From Myxococcales bacterium (GTDB lineage: Bacteria; Desulfobacterota; Binatia; HRBIN30): DNA of 64,000 bases. The DNA lies in the NCBI GenBank assembly GCA_037445065.1, contig JBBILD010000001.1:1-64000 (forward strand), given 5' to 3'. Positions within the stretch are counted from its first letter, which is position 1; every line of letters starts with the position of its first letter. The notes below the pieces were generated by a model. The model was not told the DNA's origin, did not search any database, and was given only the letters and a program-made list of their open reading frames with translations. Shown piece by piece: positions 28,340 to 38,602 of this stretch. The position numbers and the translations under genes were made by a program.

Positions 28340-29515
28340 TCACGCAGCGGGCGCAAACTGATTTGACGCCCCCATCCTCCAGTAAACGGTCAGCATAACG
28401 AGCAACGCGAGGCAAAGTGTCGGGTATGCCCACATCGCGGCGGTCAGGCCAGCCCGGGACGCGAGGAGCCCCATCAGCCAGGGAAATACGATTTGCCCCA
28501 GACCAGCCGCCGCTAGCAATAAGCTGACTGCTCTGCCTGAAGCCGCGCCTCCCTGCCGCCCGGCAAGTGCGAGGATACCGGGAAAAATGCCTGACAACGC
28601 GGCGCCGAGTAGAGCTGCCGCTGCGGCATAAGCGACAGGGTGCTCGACAAGCAGAAACGTTGCACTGATGAGAGTTGCAGCCGTGGCGAGGCCCGCCACC
28701 AATCCGGCCGAGGCCGCCGAGCTTCTGAGGCCGAGGTACAGCCGACCTACGGTGAGGCCCCCCCAATACAAGGAAAGGGCAATGCCTGCACTGGGTAAGG
28801 ACATCTGGAGCACCGTTGTGCTGTATTGTGTGAACCACGATCCGATACCAATTTCCGCGCCCACGTAGAGAGCCATTGCCAGCCCGAGCAGAGCGAGACC
28901 ACTGGCCGACGCAACGGTGGGCTGCCTGTCCTGAGGTGGCGGCGGTTGACGGAGCCGCGGGTAGTGGAGCCACAAGAATGCGGACAAGGCCGTGAGCACC
29001 GCGGCTCCGAGGAACGGGGGCACAAGGCCACAATCGCTTTGCACGGCGGCAGTCGCGAAAGGTGGAACGGTGACGCAGGCGAGACCAAAGAACAGGTGGC
29101 TGAGGTTCAGCGCTCGATTGGCGCGTGTGGGATCGCGCAGGAGTTCTGTGTTTGCGCCAGATTCGATGCAGCCAATGCCTACTCCCGAGAGGCACATCCC
29201 GAGGCAGGCCGCTGTTAGGCTCGACACGGCGCTCAGCAGCAATAAGCCGAGGACGAGCGGAACGAATCCCAGCACTGCGCAGGTGGCTGCTGGGATGCGA
29301 GGAGCGAAGCCAGCCAGAACGCTTACGGCGACAAGGTGACCAACTGGCTGTGAAGCTAGGAAGGTGCCGGCGTCCACCCAACTCCACTCGGACGTGGCGA
29401 CCAGCACCGGCAGCAATGCGCCGGGAAGAACGATCGCAGTCCCGACGGTGAAAAATGAGGCACTGCCTGCCGCGAGGAGCCGGCGGTATGCCTGACTAGG
29501 GTCTCTGCAGGTCAT
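28340..29515 (-). CDS. MFS transporter (TsgA/FucP-like)
   Basis: About 12 TM helices; LNLSHLFFGL, YVGAEIG, YWGGLTVGRL, IFPG. Confidence 0.85.
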   Translation of the reverse strand: MTCRDPSQAYRRLLAAGSASFFTVGTAIVLPGALLPVLVATSEWSWVDAGTFLASQPVGHLVAVSVLAGFAPRIPAATCAVLGFVPLVLGLLLLSAVSSLTAACLGMCLSGVGIGCIESGANTELLRDPTRANRALNLSHLFFGLACVTVPPFATAAVQSDCGLVPPFLGAAVLTALSAFLWLHYPRLRQPPPPQDRQPTVASASGLALLGLAMALYVGAEIGIGSWFTQYSTTVLQMSLPSAGIALSLYWGGLTVGRLYLGLRSSAASAGLVAGLATAATLISATFLLVEHPVAYAAAAALLGAALSGIFPGILALAGRQGGAASGRAVSLLLAAAGLGQIVFPWLMGLLASRAGLTAAMWAYPTLCLALLVMLTVYWRMGASNQFAPAA

Positions 29516-29580
29516 CGCAGCATTCTGCGCGGTTGCGGGACGGAAACGGGCATAAAGCGCCTGACTTCAATCGGCGGCTT

Positions 29581-30615
29581 TCAAGTCGCACGTGCACGGG
29601 GGTCGAAGCGGTCCCGTAAATAGTCGCCTAAGAAGTTGAAAGCCATTACGGTGAGGAAAATGAAACCGCCTGGCGCCAATACCCATGGGTGGCGCACTAA
29701 CACCTGGACGTTACGGGCAGTAGCAAGAAGATTTCCCCAACTCGCTGCCGGTTCTTGAATCCCCAGTCCCAACAGAGAAAGTGCACTTTCGCCGAGGATA
29801 AAGGCCGGGATGCTCAGTGTTGCTGCTGTAATCGTGTAACTGAACGTCGCCGGGATTACGTGCCGGAGCAGGATCCGCCAGCGAGGCGCGCCCAAGGCAC
29901 GCGCGGCAAGCACGTATTCCTGCTCGCGCAAAGAAGCCACCATACCGCGTACGATTCGTGCGAACCCCGCCCAGCGGACGAAGCTCATTAGAATCACGAT
30001 CAGGAAGAACGTTGCGACCGGGCCGACGTTCTGAGGAATCACGGCCGCGAGCGCCAACAGTAAATAGAAGGAAGGGAGGGACATGACGACCTCAACCAAA
30101 CGCATGAGCAGGTTGTCTACCCAGCCGCCGAAGTAGCCAGCCACACTGCCGACCAGGAGCCCGATGACAATACTAATGCTGACACCGACCACCCCGACAA
30201 ACAGGCTGACGCGCGCGCCGTAGACAATTCTCGAGATCAAGTCTCGCCCGAGACTGTCCGTACCTAAAAGAAAAAATCTCGGCTCCCCTGCGGGGGTGGT
30301 GAACAGTTTGCCTTGAAAAAAGAAGCGAATGGGCACGCGTACAGATAGATCTTCTTCGTACTCGCGGGTGGAGGGGTCACGCAAACGTTTGGGGTGCGTG
30401 TAAAAGACGCTTTCGTTCCAGCGCTGAATCGGATTCAAGCGCAGGCGAGAAGGTGGGCAATGAGGGAAGCTCCGCATTTGTTCGGTGTAATCGTAGGGGG
30501 CGACCCAGGGCGCACCGATTGCGAGCAAATAGAATAACGTCAGCAAAGAGGCGCTGGCGATGGCGGTTACGGGCGGGAAGCGCCGGGCAGGCTGGCGATC
30601 CGGGGTTGGCCGCAT
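29581..30615 (-). CDS. Peptide/nickel ABC transporter permease (OppC/DppC-like)
   Basis: LLGTDSLGRD..SR..YGARVSL, EYVLAARALG (EAA), ESALSLLGLG, SWG. Confidence 0.93.
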   Translation of the reverse strand: MRPTPDRQPARRFPPVTAIASASLLTLFYLLAIGAPWVAPYDYTEQMRSFPHCPPSRLRLNPIQRWNESVFYTHPKRLRDPSTREYEEDLSVRVPIRFFFQGKLFTTPAGEPRFFLLGTDSLGRDLISRIVYGARVSLFVGVVGVSISIVIGLLVGSVAGYFGGWVDNLLMRLVEVVMSLPSFYLLLALAAVIPQNVGPVATFFLIVILMSFVRWAGFARIVRGMVASLREQEYVLAARALGAPRWRILLRHVIPATFSYTITAATLSIPAFILGESALSLLGLGIQEPAASWGNLLATARNVQVLVRHPWVLAPGGFIFLTVMAFNFLGDYLRDRFDPRARAT

Positions 30616-30616
30616 C

Positions 30617-31600
30617 TCAGCGTCCGCGCTCCAGGCGAGTAAAATCGATCCGCGGGTCTACGAGGGTCAGAGCGAAGTCGGCAAGTAGGTTGCCCATGAG
30701 GAGCATGAGCGCGCCGATCAGGATGGAACCCATCACAAGGTAAGTGTCCAAGCGAAGCACCGCCTCGAGAATCAGCGTTCCCATTCCTTGCAAGTTCATA
30801 ATGGCCTCGACCAGGGCCGCTCCGCCCAGCAATTCGCCCATCTCAGCGCCGGCCAGAGTAATGAAGGGATTGAGAGCGTTGCGCAAAATGTGCTTTCCCA
30901 TTACCGCGGATTCCGGTAACCCCTTTGCTCTCGCTGTGCGAACGAAATCAGCCTCTTTGATTTCGAGGATGTTTGCCCGCATCAGGCGCATGAGGCTGGC
31001 GATACCGGCGGTGCCAAGTACGAGAGTGGGGAGTATGAGATGGCGGGCTCGATCCGCGATTTTCCCCCACAAATCCATTTGGTGGTAATCCACTGAAATC
31101 GTGCCGCCAACCGGAAACCAACCAGTTTGCAGGGCAAAATACATGAGAAGAAAGGCAAGAAAGAAACTGGGCAAGGACATGAACAAAAAGGCGGTAAACG
31201 ACAGGGATCGGTCGAGCCAGGAGTTTGGGCGTAAGGCGATAAAGATCCCCGTAGGGATACCGAGCATCCAGGTGACCAGGAGGCTGCTGACGGCGAGGAT
31301 GAGTGTGTTTCCGGCACGCATTCCGATCAGGTCGAGAACGTCCACCCGGTAGGCCACGGACATGCCTAGATCGAGGTGGAGTACTCGCCACAGCCACTTT
31401 GCATACTGGACGAGCAGCGGCTCCCCATACCCGAACTGTTGTTCCAACTGACGGACCAACTCGGGTGAGATCGACGGGTTCATGCGCAGCTGCGTGAAGA
31501 AGTTTCCAGGCGCGAGGTTCATGATGAGAAAGGAAAGAAACGTAATCCCAATCAGTAGTGGGATCATTTGCAGTAGGCGGCGCCCCAGGTACCCCAGCAC
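30617..31600 (-). CDS. Peptide/nickel ABC transporter permease (OppB/DppB-like)
   Basis: YLGRRLL, DLG.S, HLILP, FVRTARAKGL, HILRNAL, DPRI; GTG start. Confidence 0.93.
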   Translation of the reverse strand: MLGYLGRRLLQMIPLLIGITFLSFLIMNLAPGNFFTQLRMNPSISPELVRQLEQQFGYGEPLLVQYAKWLWRVLHLDLGMSVAYRVDVLDLIGMRAGNTLILAVSSLLVTWMLGIPTGIFIALRPNSWLDRSLSFTAFLFMSLPSFFLAFLLMYFALQTGWFPVGGTISVDYHQMDLWGKIADRARHLILPTLVLGTAGIASLMRLMRANILEIKEADFVRTARAKGLPESAVMGKHILRNALNPFITLAGAEMGELLGGAALVEAIMNLQGMGTLILEAVLRLDTYLVMGSILIGALMLLMGNLLADFALTLVDPRIDFTRLERGR

Positions 31601-31694
31601 GTTCGCTCCCTGTTTCCTTATGCCTCTGCCGGTGCCTCAGTGAACCCGTTCTTCATCCGGGAAGAGAAGTTCGGTGTTGGGGCGTACGCGCATC

Positions 31695-33395
31695 TCACTC
31701 TGCAAAACGCAAGAGTTCGGGCCGATAAAGTCCCCACGCAGTGGGCCGCACGTTCTCCAGGGAGTTTTTGAAGGCAATGAACCGTTGCTCCCGAACAGTC
31801 ATGATGATGGGGAGCTGCTCGTGCAGAATTTCCTGAATCCGCCAGTAGTACCGCTTGCGCTTTTCCGGGTCGAGTTCGCGGGCTCCGTTGTCCAGGAGCT
31901 GGTCAATCTCAGCTTCCCACGGAGTGGCTGGCTCGGGCTGGTTGGGGTGCCAAAAATGGAGGTTGCCGCTCGAGCGCAAGAAGTTGGCGCTATTGTTGGG
32001 CTCGATCGTACCGGTAAATCCGATCAACACGGCGTCCCAATCGAACGTGGAGCTTAGTTTTTCGACGAGCGCTTGGAAATCAAGTGGGCGGTAGTCCACT
32101 TTGAGCCCCAATTTGGCCCAATCTTCCTTGAGAATCGAGCACATCTTCTCGCGAACTAGATTGCCGGCGTTGGTGGTCAGCGAGAACTCGATTCGGTTCC
32201 CTTGGCTATCTTCCCGCCACCCATCGCCATCACGATCCTTGTACCCTGCCTCCTCGAGTAAAGCCTTTGCTCGTTCGAGGTCATACTCGTAGTCAACGAG
32301 ACTGGGATTGTGGTAACGGCGGTTTTCCGGAGAAATTTCAGCCACCGCAGGTTTTCCGTAACCGTTGAGGCAGTTGACGATCATCGAGTGCTTGTCAATC
32401 GAGTGCGCAATGGCACGGAGGAACTTGGGGTCTGTGAACCAGGTGAGGCGCGGGTCCCGTTTTCCGTCCTTGATGTACCGTGCAGGGTTGCGATTGAAGG
32501 CTACGAACGTGGAACCGGGATCGAGCCCAGTCTCCTGAACGCTGATGGCTAGAAAGTCTGCCTTTTGGCGCAGCTCGCCCACTTCTTCGGCACGCGGGTA
32601 ATGAATGTCTGTCTGCCGGGAGAGGAACTTGAGATACACCGTGTCTTGGTCCGGGACGATCAGTTGTACGCGCTGTTGCAGGTAGGGCAGCGGTCGTCCC
32701 TCCTCGTCGCGCATCCAATAGTGCGGGTTCCGCTCGAACTCCAAAAACTGGGCTGGGACAAACCGTGTGAGGCGATAGGGGCCGGTTCCGATGAGTTTCT
32801 CGGGCGGGGTGTCGATCGACCACTGCTGATTGAATTTGCCCTGTTTCCAAGGTTCCTCCAGCACATGTCGGGGAATCAGTGGGACGCCAATCGCGTTGAG
32901 AAGCGGAGCGAACGGTCGCGGCAGGGTGATTTTTACTGTGAAATCGTCCAGCGCTGTCACTCCGATCGGCTTTCCATCCACCAACAGCACGTGTTTGAAA
33001 CTATTGGGGATTTGCTCATCGAAGATTACCTGAAACGTGAACACCACATCGGCAGCAGTGAAAGGAGTGCCATCGAACCAGCGGACATCGCGGCGCAAGA
33101 AGAAGGTCCACTCCGTCCCAGCCTCGTTACGCTCCCAGCGTTCCGCCAATAGCGGCTCTTGCTCGGTGGTCACGGGATTAACGCGCACCAAGCCTTCGAA
33201 CAGATCGCCGGTGGCGGCACTGGAAGCCGCGTCTACCGAGAGGATGGGGTTGAACGTTTTGGGGTCGCTGATACTTGCAGTCGTCAGTCGCGAGGGATTC
33301 GCCTTGATTGGCTGGGAACCTCGTGGTTCTCGCTGGCACCCGAAATTGAGCAGCAGCAGCAGCGACCAGCTACAGATCAACAGCGCGTGTTGCAT
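31695..33395 (-). CDS. ABC transporter substrate-binding lipoprotein, family 5 (OppA/DppA-like)
   Basis: Lipobox NFGC; DPKTFNP, W.DG.PFTA.DV.FT, GTGPY, RNP.YW, DRDGDG.RED. Confidence 0.93.
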   Translation of the reverse strand: MQHALLICSWSLLLLLNFGCQREPRGSQPIKANPSRLTTASISDPKTFNPILSVDAASSAATGDLFEGLVRVNPVTTEQEPLLAERWERNEAGTEWTFFLRRDVRWFDGTPFTAADVVFTFQVIFDEQIPNSFKHVLLVDGKPIGVTALDDFTVKITLPRPFAPLLNAIGVPLIPRHVLEEPWKQGKFNQQWSIDTPPEKLIGTGPYRLTRFVPAQFLEFERNPHYWMRDEEGRPLPYLQQRVQLIVPDQDTVYLKFLSRQTDIHYPRAEEVGELRQKADFLAISVQETGLDPGSTFVAFNRNPARYIKDGKRDPRLTWFTDPKFLRAIAHSIDKHSMIVNCLNGYGKPAVAEISPENRRYHNPSLVDYEYDLERAKALLEEAGYKDRDGDGWREDSQGNRIEFSLTTNAGNLVREKMCSILKEDWAKLGLKVDYRPLDFQALVEKLSSTFDWDAVLIGFTGTIEPNNSANFLRSSGNLHFWHPNQPEPATPWEAEIDQLLDNGARELDPEKRKRYYWRIQEILHEQLPIIMTVREQRFIAFKNSLENVRPTAWGLYRPELLRFAE

Positions 33396-34210
33396 TAGGG
33401 GAGGCTCTCTCCTTCTAAGTGCACAACGCGGCTACCTGCAGGCAACGATACCTGAAACTCATCCCCCTTGAGGGTCGGGTTGACTTCAATGTCGTGAAAT
33501 TGGAGTGTTACAGAACGCCGGAAGACCGGGGCTTCGAGGACCAGTTTCTCGACGATAGGCACTGGGGAACCAGCCTGAAAACTCTCATACTTCGCAGCCC
33601 AGAGCACAGTTCCATCTCTCCCACCTTGCTCCACTTCCACAGGTACCGCCTCTTCATTCAGCCAAACAAAGCCTCTACCCAACGCACCTTCATACACGAG
33701 GCAGTGAGCAGCATCGTTCCGCTCTCGCGGGCACTCCGCAGGTGCAGAGCCGCGGTGACCAGGGGTGGCGAGAACTAGGTCCACCAGTTCCTCCACCGGG
33801 ATCCACAAACCGGTGTAGCGCCAAAGGTTTTCCGCACTGGCTTTCCCGACATAGGCAGTGTTTTCCCTCGGCACGTAGGCGAGCAAGTTCTGTTCATCGG
33901 TCGTAAGCACGAAGGCCGCTCCGAACCAGGAGAGCGCTTCGACTCGGACCCGGTCGGGCCGTGCGATCAGCACTGCCTCACGTGACGAGAAGGACTGCTC
34001 TGGGTCCCGATAGCGAATCCGGACCAGGGCGCGCAAACTCGTAAGGCGTAGAGCACGGTCTCGCAAGATTCCCAGGGCGGAAGAGGGTAGGGCAGCGGTT
34101 GCTCGTTCCCATCTCGCAGGTTGCGAGCGGGCAGCGCACCCAGGGAGACTCCCGAGCGAACCCAGCACGAGGCTGAATGCCAAGCCAAGGCTTGCTGAAA
34201 TTCTGCGCAT
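33395..34210 (-). CDS. LolB-like/DUF4292 lipoprotein
   Basis: Lipobox LPGC; RPDRVRVE.LS.FG; beta-rich; C-terminal N..L...F...P; downstream of a TPR gene. Confidence 0.65.
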   Translation of the reverse strand: MRRISASLGLAFSLVLGSLGSLPGCAARSQPARWERATAALPSSALGILRDRALRLTSLRALVRIRYRDPEQSFSSREAVLIARPDRVRVEALSWFGAAFVLTTDEQNLLAYVPRENTAYVGKASAENLWRYTGLWIPVEELVDLVLATPGHRGSAPAECPRERNDAAHCLVYEGALGRGFVWLNEEAVPVEVEQGGRDGTVLWAAKYESFQAGSPVPIVEKLVLEAPVFRRSVTLQFHDIEVNPTLKGDEFQVSLPAGSRVVHLEGESLP

Positions 34211-34219
34211 GGTCCCTCT

Positions 34220-36037
34220 TTACGGTCGCGTCGCCCCCCCATGATTTGCTGGGCTGACTTCCGAAACTTTTCCCCCTAACTGCTCGATCTTCGCACGGAT
34301 CCGCCGTTGCTGATCCTTCTCCTTCGCTTGCTGGTAGGCCTGCAGGTACAAGCTCAACGCTTCCCCATGCCGCCCCACTTTCACATACGCGTCGGCTAGG
34401 TGCTCGGTGATGGTCGGGTCGTCGCTGACCAGCTCGAGAGCGCGCTCCAGGAGTTCGATTGCCTTTCGATAGTCCCCTCTTTGGTAGTAGACCCACCCTA
34501 GGCTGTCTACGTAGTACCCATCGTTGGGCTCGATGCTGAGCGCGCGGCGGATGAGATCTTCTGCCTCGTCAAGGTTGGTGCCTTGTTCGGCGAACGTGTA
34601 CCCTAAGTAGTTCAAAGCCGCGGCGTTGTTCGGGTTGAGTTCAATGGCCTTTCGCATGTGCCGGATGCAGGATTCTTTGTCTTTCGCTTCGTCGTACAAG
34701 GCGCCGAGAGTGAAGTGGTATTTGTCGTTATCGGGCTTTCGCTCAACCAGTTTCCGGGCCAGTTCCAGCGCTCGTTCCAGGTTTCCTTTCTCGCGGTAAA
34801 GTGAAATCAGAAAACCGGCGAGTTCGTCGCTGTCCGAGTTCGCCCGGGTGGCACGCTCCAGCGCCGCGATGGCATCATCCACGCGGCCCATCTTTTGGTA
34901 GACATAACCAATCTGCCCTTGCGCTTCCGCGTACAACGGCGAAGTCGGAGGGATTTTTTCCAACTCAGCTACAGCTCGTTCGAAATCTCTGGCTTCGACG
35001 AGGACGGAGCCAAGGTAGTAGCGGACTCGGTCGTTGGAAGGCTCAGCCGCCAGCACCAGCGAAAATTCGGTAACGGCGCGATCCAGTTCTCCCTTCTCGT
35101 AATAAATCAGGCCAATTTTGATGCGCGTGTCTTGAGGATCCGCTTCGATTTTTTCCAGCTCTTTGAGTTCGGATAAAGCTTCGTCGAGGCGGTTCTGGCC
35201 AATGTAAAGCCCGCCTAGCCGCTTGCGCACAACGGTGCTGTGTGGGTCAGTTTTCAGGATCTGGCGATAAAGATCGATCGCTTCTTCGGCTTTGTCCTGA
35301 AGCTGATAAAGTTCTGCGAGGTCGAGCAACAGGTTCGCCGAGGTAGGGCTCAACCGGATTGCTTCCTTGTAGGCTTTTTCTGCCGCTGGGTAGTCCTGCT
35401 TAGCCGCGTAGACGCGGCCAAGGTAGTAGTACGCCAGAGAGGAGGACGGGTTCAGCCGGGTCAGCCGCTCGAGGGTTTCGATCGCTAGGTCGTATTGTTC
35501 CTGCTTAGCGTAGAGGGCTCCGAGAAAAAGATGCGCTTCCTGATTGGTCGGCTCTTGAGCAAGGACGGTCTGATACTGGTCTTGCGCCGCTTGCTCTTCT
35601 CCGAGCGCCGATAGAATCCCTGCCAGAAGCAGCCGCGAGTGGGTATCCGTCGGTTCTGCTTGAACGGCGGCTTCAAACTGGGCCCGTGCTTCGGGCAATC
35701 GGTTGAGTCGCAAGTACAGCAGGCCGAGCCGACGCCGTAGAAGCGGCGTGTCTGGGTCCGCCTTGGTCGCCAGAGCCAGTTGTTCCGCCGCTGCCTCGAT
35801 CTCTCCGTCGTTGAGCGCGATTTGCGCTTTTAGGAAGTGGGCAAGCGCCTGGGCTTCCCGGGGGATTGTCAGTTTCTCTACCGAATGGGCTTCCCCCAAC
35901 TCTAAGGACCAGGGAAAGTGCCGCCAGGGATCGGCAGTTTTCCGGGTCACGCCACACCCCGCGCACACAGCCGTCACAAGGACCGAAGTCAGCATGAAGG
36001 CGGCGGAGCGAGCGAGGTGGTACCAGGCGAACTGCAT
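34220..36037 (-). CDS. Tetratricopeptide-repeat lipoprotein
   Basis: Lipobox-like CAGC; many TPRs; NAAALNYLGY...DSLGWVYY...EHLAD signature. Confidence 0.9.
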   Translation of the reverse strand: MQFAWYHLARSAAFMLTSVLVTAVCAGCGVTRKTADPWRHFPWSLELGEAHSVEKLTIPREAQALAHFLKAQIALNDGEIEAAAEQLALATKADPDTPLLRRRLGLLYLRLNRLPEARAQFEAAVQAEPTDTHSRLLLAGILSALGEEQAAQDQYQTVLAQEPTNQEAHLFLGALYAKQEQYDLAIETLERLTRLNPSSSLAYYYLGRVYAAKQDYPAAEKAYKEAIRLSPTSANLLLDLAELYQLQDKAEEAIDLYRQILKTDPHSTVVRKRLGGLYIGQNRLDEALSELKELEKIEADPQDTRIKIGLIYYEKGELDRAVTEFSLVLAAEPSNDRVRYYLGSVLVEARDFERAVAELEKIPPTSPLYAEAQGQIGYVYQKMGRVDDAIAALERATRANSDSDELAGFLISLYREKGNLERALELARKLVERKPDNDKYHFTLGALYDEAKDKESCIRHMRKAIELNPNNAAALNYLGYTFAEQGTNLDEAEDLIRRALSIEPNDGYYVDSLGWVYYQRGDYRKAIELLERALELVSDDPTITEHLADAYVKVGRHGEALSLYLQAYQQAKEKDQQRRIRAKIEQLGGKVSEVSPANHGGATRP

Positions 36038-36145
36038 GGGCGAGCACGCCTAGCACAATCCCGTCGGGGCTTCTATTGGAGTTCGGCACTGGGTGTGATC
36101 GCAGGAGTTCTGAAGGATCGCGACGGCCTGTCGAGGAGGGAACGC

Positions 36146-38101
36146 ATGGGATGGCGGCAGATTTGGGGACCGCAGCGCAAAGGGGGGCAGGGGTTGGACG
36201 CGCAGCAGGCGGAAAGTGGATCCAGAGCGATCCGTGCCTTGTTGAGCGATCCTGCGGTGCGGGACCACGTGGACTTGGTGTTGACCTGCCGCGATTCGGC
36301 GTACGAGGTGTGGTCACGCCGCGGATTTCTACGTTTCGAACGCTGGAATCATGAGGGGCGCCAGGAGTTTCGGGTAACCCATGTCGTGGGTGAAAACCCG
36401 GTGGCTCGAACTGAGGCTCACCTGGTGGCCACTTGCCAGGACGAAGTCGAAGCGGCCCGGCGTTCAGGTGTCGCCTGCCACGATCCGAATTTCGCTTTTA
36501 TCGAGCCGGAATGGCTTTCTTACCCATACGCGTTTGAACGAATTGCGCAACTGTTCGATAGTCCGTTCACCGGCGATCTCGTGGTGAGCCCGAAGTGCTA
36601 CGCGTTCGGGACCCAGCCTGGTCAGCACGGTGCTTTGGATGTAGTCCAGTCGCGAGCACCCTTAGCCTTTGCCGGCCCCGGAATTCGTCCGGGCCGGGTT
36701 CTCGAGCCAGTTCGGCATGTGGACATCGCTCCGACGATCTGCCGCTTGATGGGTTTTCCCCTCATTGACGGGCGAGACTGGAGTGGTTTGCGGTCTAGCG
36801 AGCGTGGGGTGGCTGCGGATGTTTACCTCCTCCGTCAGGATGGGCGGGTCCTCAGCGAGATCCTCACGTCGGAGCCCGCTCGCCCGGAGCGTGTTTACTT
36901 GATCGTGTGCGATGGGCTGAGTCACAGCGAACTCATGCACCTGTGGGCCACCCGGGATCCCGCGATCCGCAACTTGCGCAGGATCTTGGAGCGAAGCGCT
37001 TGGTTTGCGTTTGGCTCGACGGTGAATTTCCCGAGCATTACTTGGCCGAGCCACAGCACAATCTTGACGGGCGCTTGGTGCGGCCATCACGACGTGGTGA
37101 ACCCAACCTACTACGATCGAGCTGGTCGTAGAGCCCTGGCGCCCCAAGCGCAAGGAATTTTGACAGAGGGGTTTCTCTCCACCGAGGTGGAAACTCTGTA
37201 TGAGGCCTTCCGCCGCGTGCTCGGGCCTGATGCGTTCGTGGCCAGCATTCATGAGCCGCAGAGCCGGGGCGCGGTGCACGCGGCACTCGAGCAGCGTGTG
37301 ATCGGCCCCCGTGACCGCCTCCGCGAGATCACTGCGCGGCTCGTGGAGGAGATCCATCCTCGCTATCGGGCAGAAAACAAGGAATCGGTGTACCGCGAGG
37401 CTGTGCTGGATGCACGGGGACTTGCTCAGGTCCTGGTGCTGTTCGAGGACACCAGCCACCCTCCCCCTGTTTTCGTTGCACACGAATTCGCCCTGACCGA
37501 CGGCGCCGGCCATGAATACGGCCCGCATGGAGAAGGGCTACGTACGGCGATCGCAGAAACGGATGCTCGCTTAGGTGTGGTTCTAGACTTGCTCGAGAAG
37601 AAAGGGTGGTTCGACTCTACGTTGTTTGTGCTCACCTCCGACCACGGCATGGCTCCGCAGCGCACGGAACTTGCAGCAAACCCGTGTCGCTACTTAGAGC
37701 GAGCTGGTTTCCAAGCGCTGGTCGGCGAACCCATGATCTGGTTGCGGGATTTGGCTTTGCGTGTCGAGCGCGCGTCCGATGGGCGAACAGCACGCCTCTT
37801 CGTCTCCGAGCTAGACCCGGATCAACGGGGAAGGAGTCTGCCGGTCGAAGGAGCTGAGGTGACAGTCATAAGCGGCGCAGACCGCATCCTGGCGCGGGGT
37901 CAAACAAGCGGTCCCGGTGTTTTTGGCTTCGCCGTTCCCGCTGATCGTGGTGCGCGCGAAATCCGCTTAATCATTCGCCACCCGGACTATAACTCGCGTC
38001 ACGTCTGGCTCGACGGCTTGCCGGTTGATAGCGACCCATGCTCGGAGCTGTATGATGTTGCCCGCCTGCTAAGTTCTCACAGTCCGGGCTCGGTCGGCTA
38101 G
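36146..38101 (+). CDS. Alkaline phosphatase superfamily nucleotide pyrophosphatase/phosphodiesterase, circularly permuted, with C-terminal Ig-like domain
   Basis: Motif order QHG..GPGI..DIAPT..DGRVL, then IVCDG, FPSITWPSH, DGAGHEYGP and SDHGM; GAGGAGG RBS before ATG 36146 (TTG 36194 is an alternative start). Confidence 0.82.
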   Translation: MGWRQIWGPQRKGGQGLDAQQAESGSRAIRALLSDPAVRDHVDLVLTCRDSAYEVWSRRGFLRFERWNHEGRQEFRVTHVVGENPVARTEAHLVATCQDEVEAARRSGVACHDPNFAFIEPEWLSYPYAFERIAQLFDSPFTGDLVVSPKCYAFGTQPGQHGALDVVQSRAPLAFAGPGIRPGRVLEPVRHVDIAPTICRLMGFPLIDGRDWSGLRSSERGVAADVYLLRQDGRVLSEILTSEPARPERVYLIVCDGLSHSELMHLWATRDPAIRNLRRILERSAWFAFGSTVNFPSITWPSHSTILTGAWCGHHDVVNPTYYDRAGRRALAPQAQGILTEGFLSTEVETLYEAFRRVLGPDAFVASIHEPQSRGAVHAALEQRVIGPRDRLREITARLVEEIHPRYRAENKESVYREAVLDARGLAQVLVLFEDTSHPPPVFVAHEFALTDGAGHEYGPHGEGLRTAIAETDARLGVVLDLLEKKGWFDSTLFVLTSDHGMAPQRTELAANPCRYLERAGFQALVGEPMIWLRDLALRVERASDGRTARLFVSELDPDQRGRSLPVEGAEVTVISGADRILARGQTSGPGVFGFAVPADRGAREIRLIIRHPDYNSRHVWLDGLPVDSDPCSELYDVARLLSSHSPGSVG

Positions 38102-38463
38102 TTGCCGCCGTAGGTGTCGTCTGCCTGCTCGATCATTTGTTCGAGCATCCGCTGCTGCGCTGCCTGCACAGCAAGCTGCCTCATCAATAGTTGCGCTTGA
38201 TGGGCCAAGGGTAAGGCTGCGAGGTAGCCGATCAGTTGCCCGATAGACAGGCGGTCGATTGATTCCTCCATGTGTTGGAGAACCGGCTCGGGGATTTCGA
38301 GCACCCCCATTTGAGAGAACACTTCCATTGCTTGTGCCGCCCGCTCGGCAAAGTCCTTTCGCGCCTCTTCTTTCTCTTCGGGCGTAACTCGTACTTGCAG
38401 CTTGGCAGCGGCTCGGTCGAAGAGCCGGTCGAAGGCGTGAAGAACTGCCTCTTTGCCAGTCAT
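38098..38463 (-). CDS. Hypothetical all-helical protein (about 121 aa)
   Basis: GAGGA RBS; amphipathic helices; acidic/Gln-rich; no family recognised. Confidence 0.7.
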   Translation of the reverse strand: MTGKEAVLHAFDRLFDRAAAKLQVRVTPEEKEEARKDFAERAAQAMEVFSQMGVLEIPEPVLQHMEESIDRLSIGQLIGYLAALPLAHQAQLLMRQLAVQAAQQRMLEQMIEQADDTYGGN

Positions 38464-38564
38464 TGCGTCCTCTGGGGAAAGACTCACGGTCGGCGAAAGT
38501 AAGCACGAGCTGGGCCTGTGCAAGTCCCCGTCAAAACGGGCTCCCATCGGCCGAGAGATTTCCG

Positions 38565-38594
38565 TTGACAGGGCTTCAGCGCCAGCCGTAAGCT
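38565..38594 (+). promoter_or_regulatory. Sigma70-type promoter, possibly giving a leaderless mRNA
   Basis: TTGACA-N18-TAAGCT, with 8 nt between the -10 box and ATG 38603; no SD. Confidence 0.5.
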
Positions 38595-38602
38595 TTTGCG
38601 CG

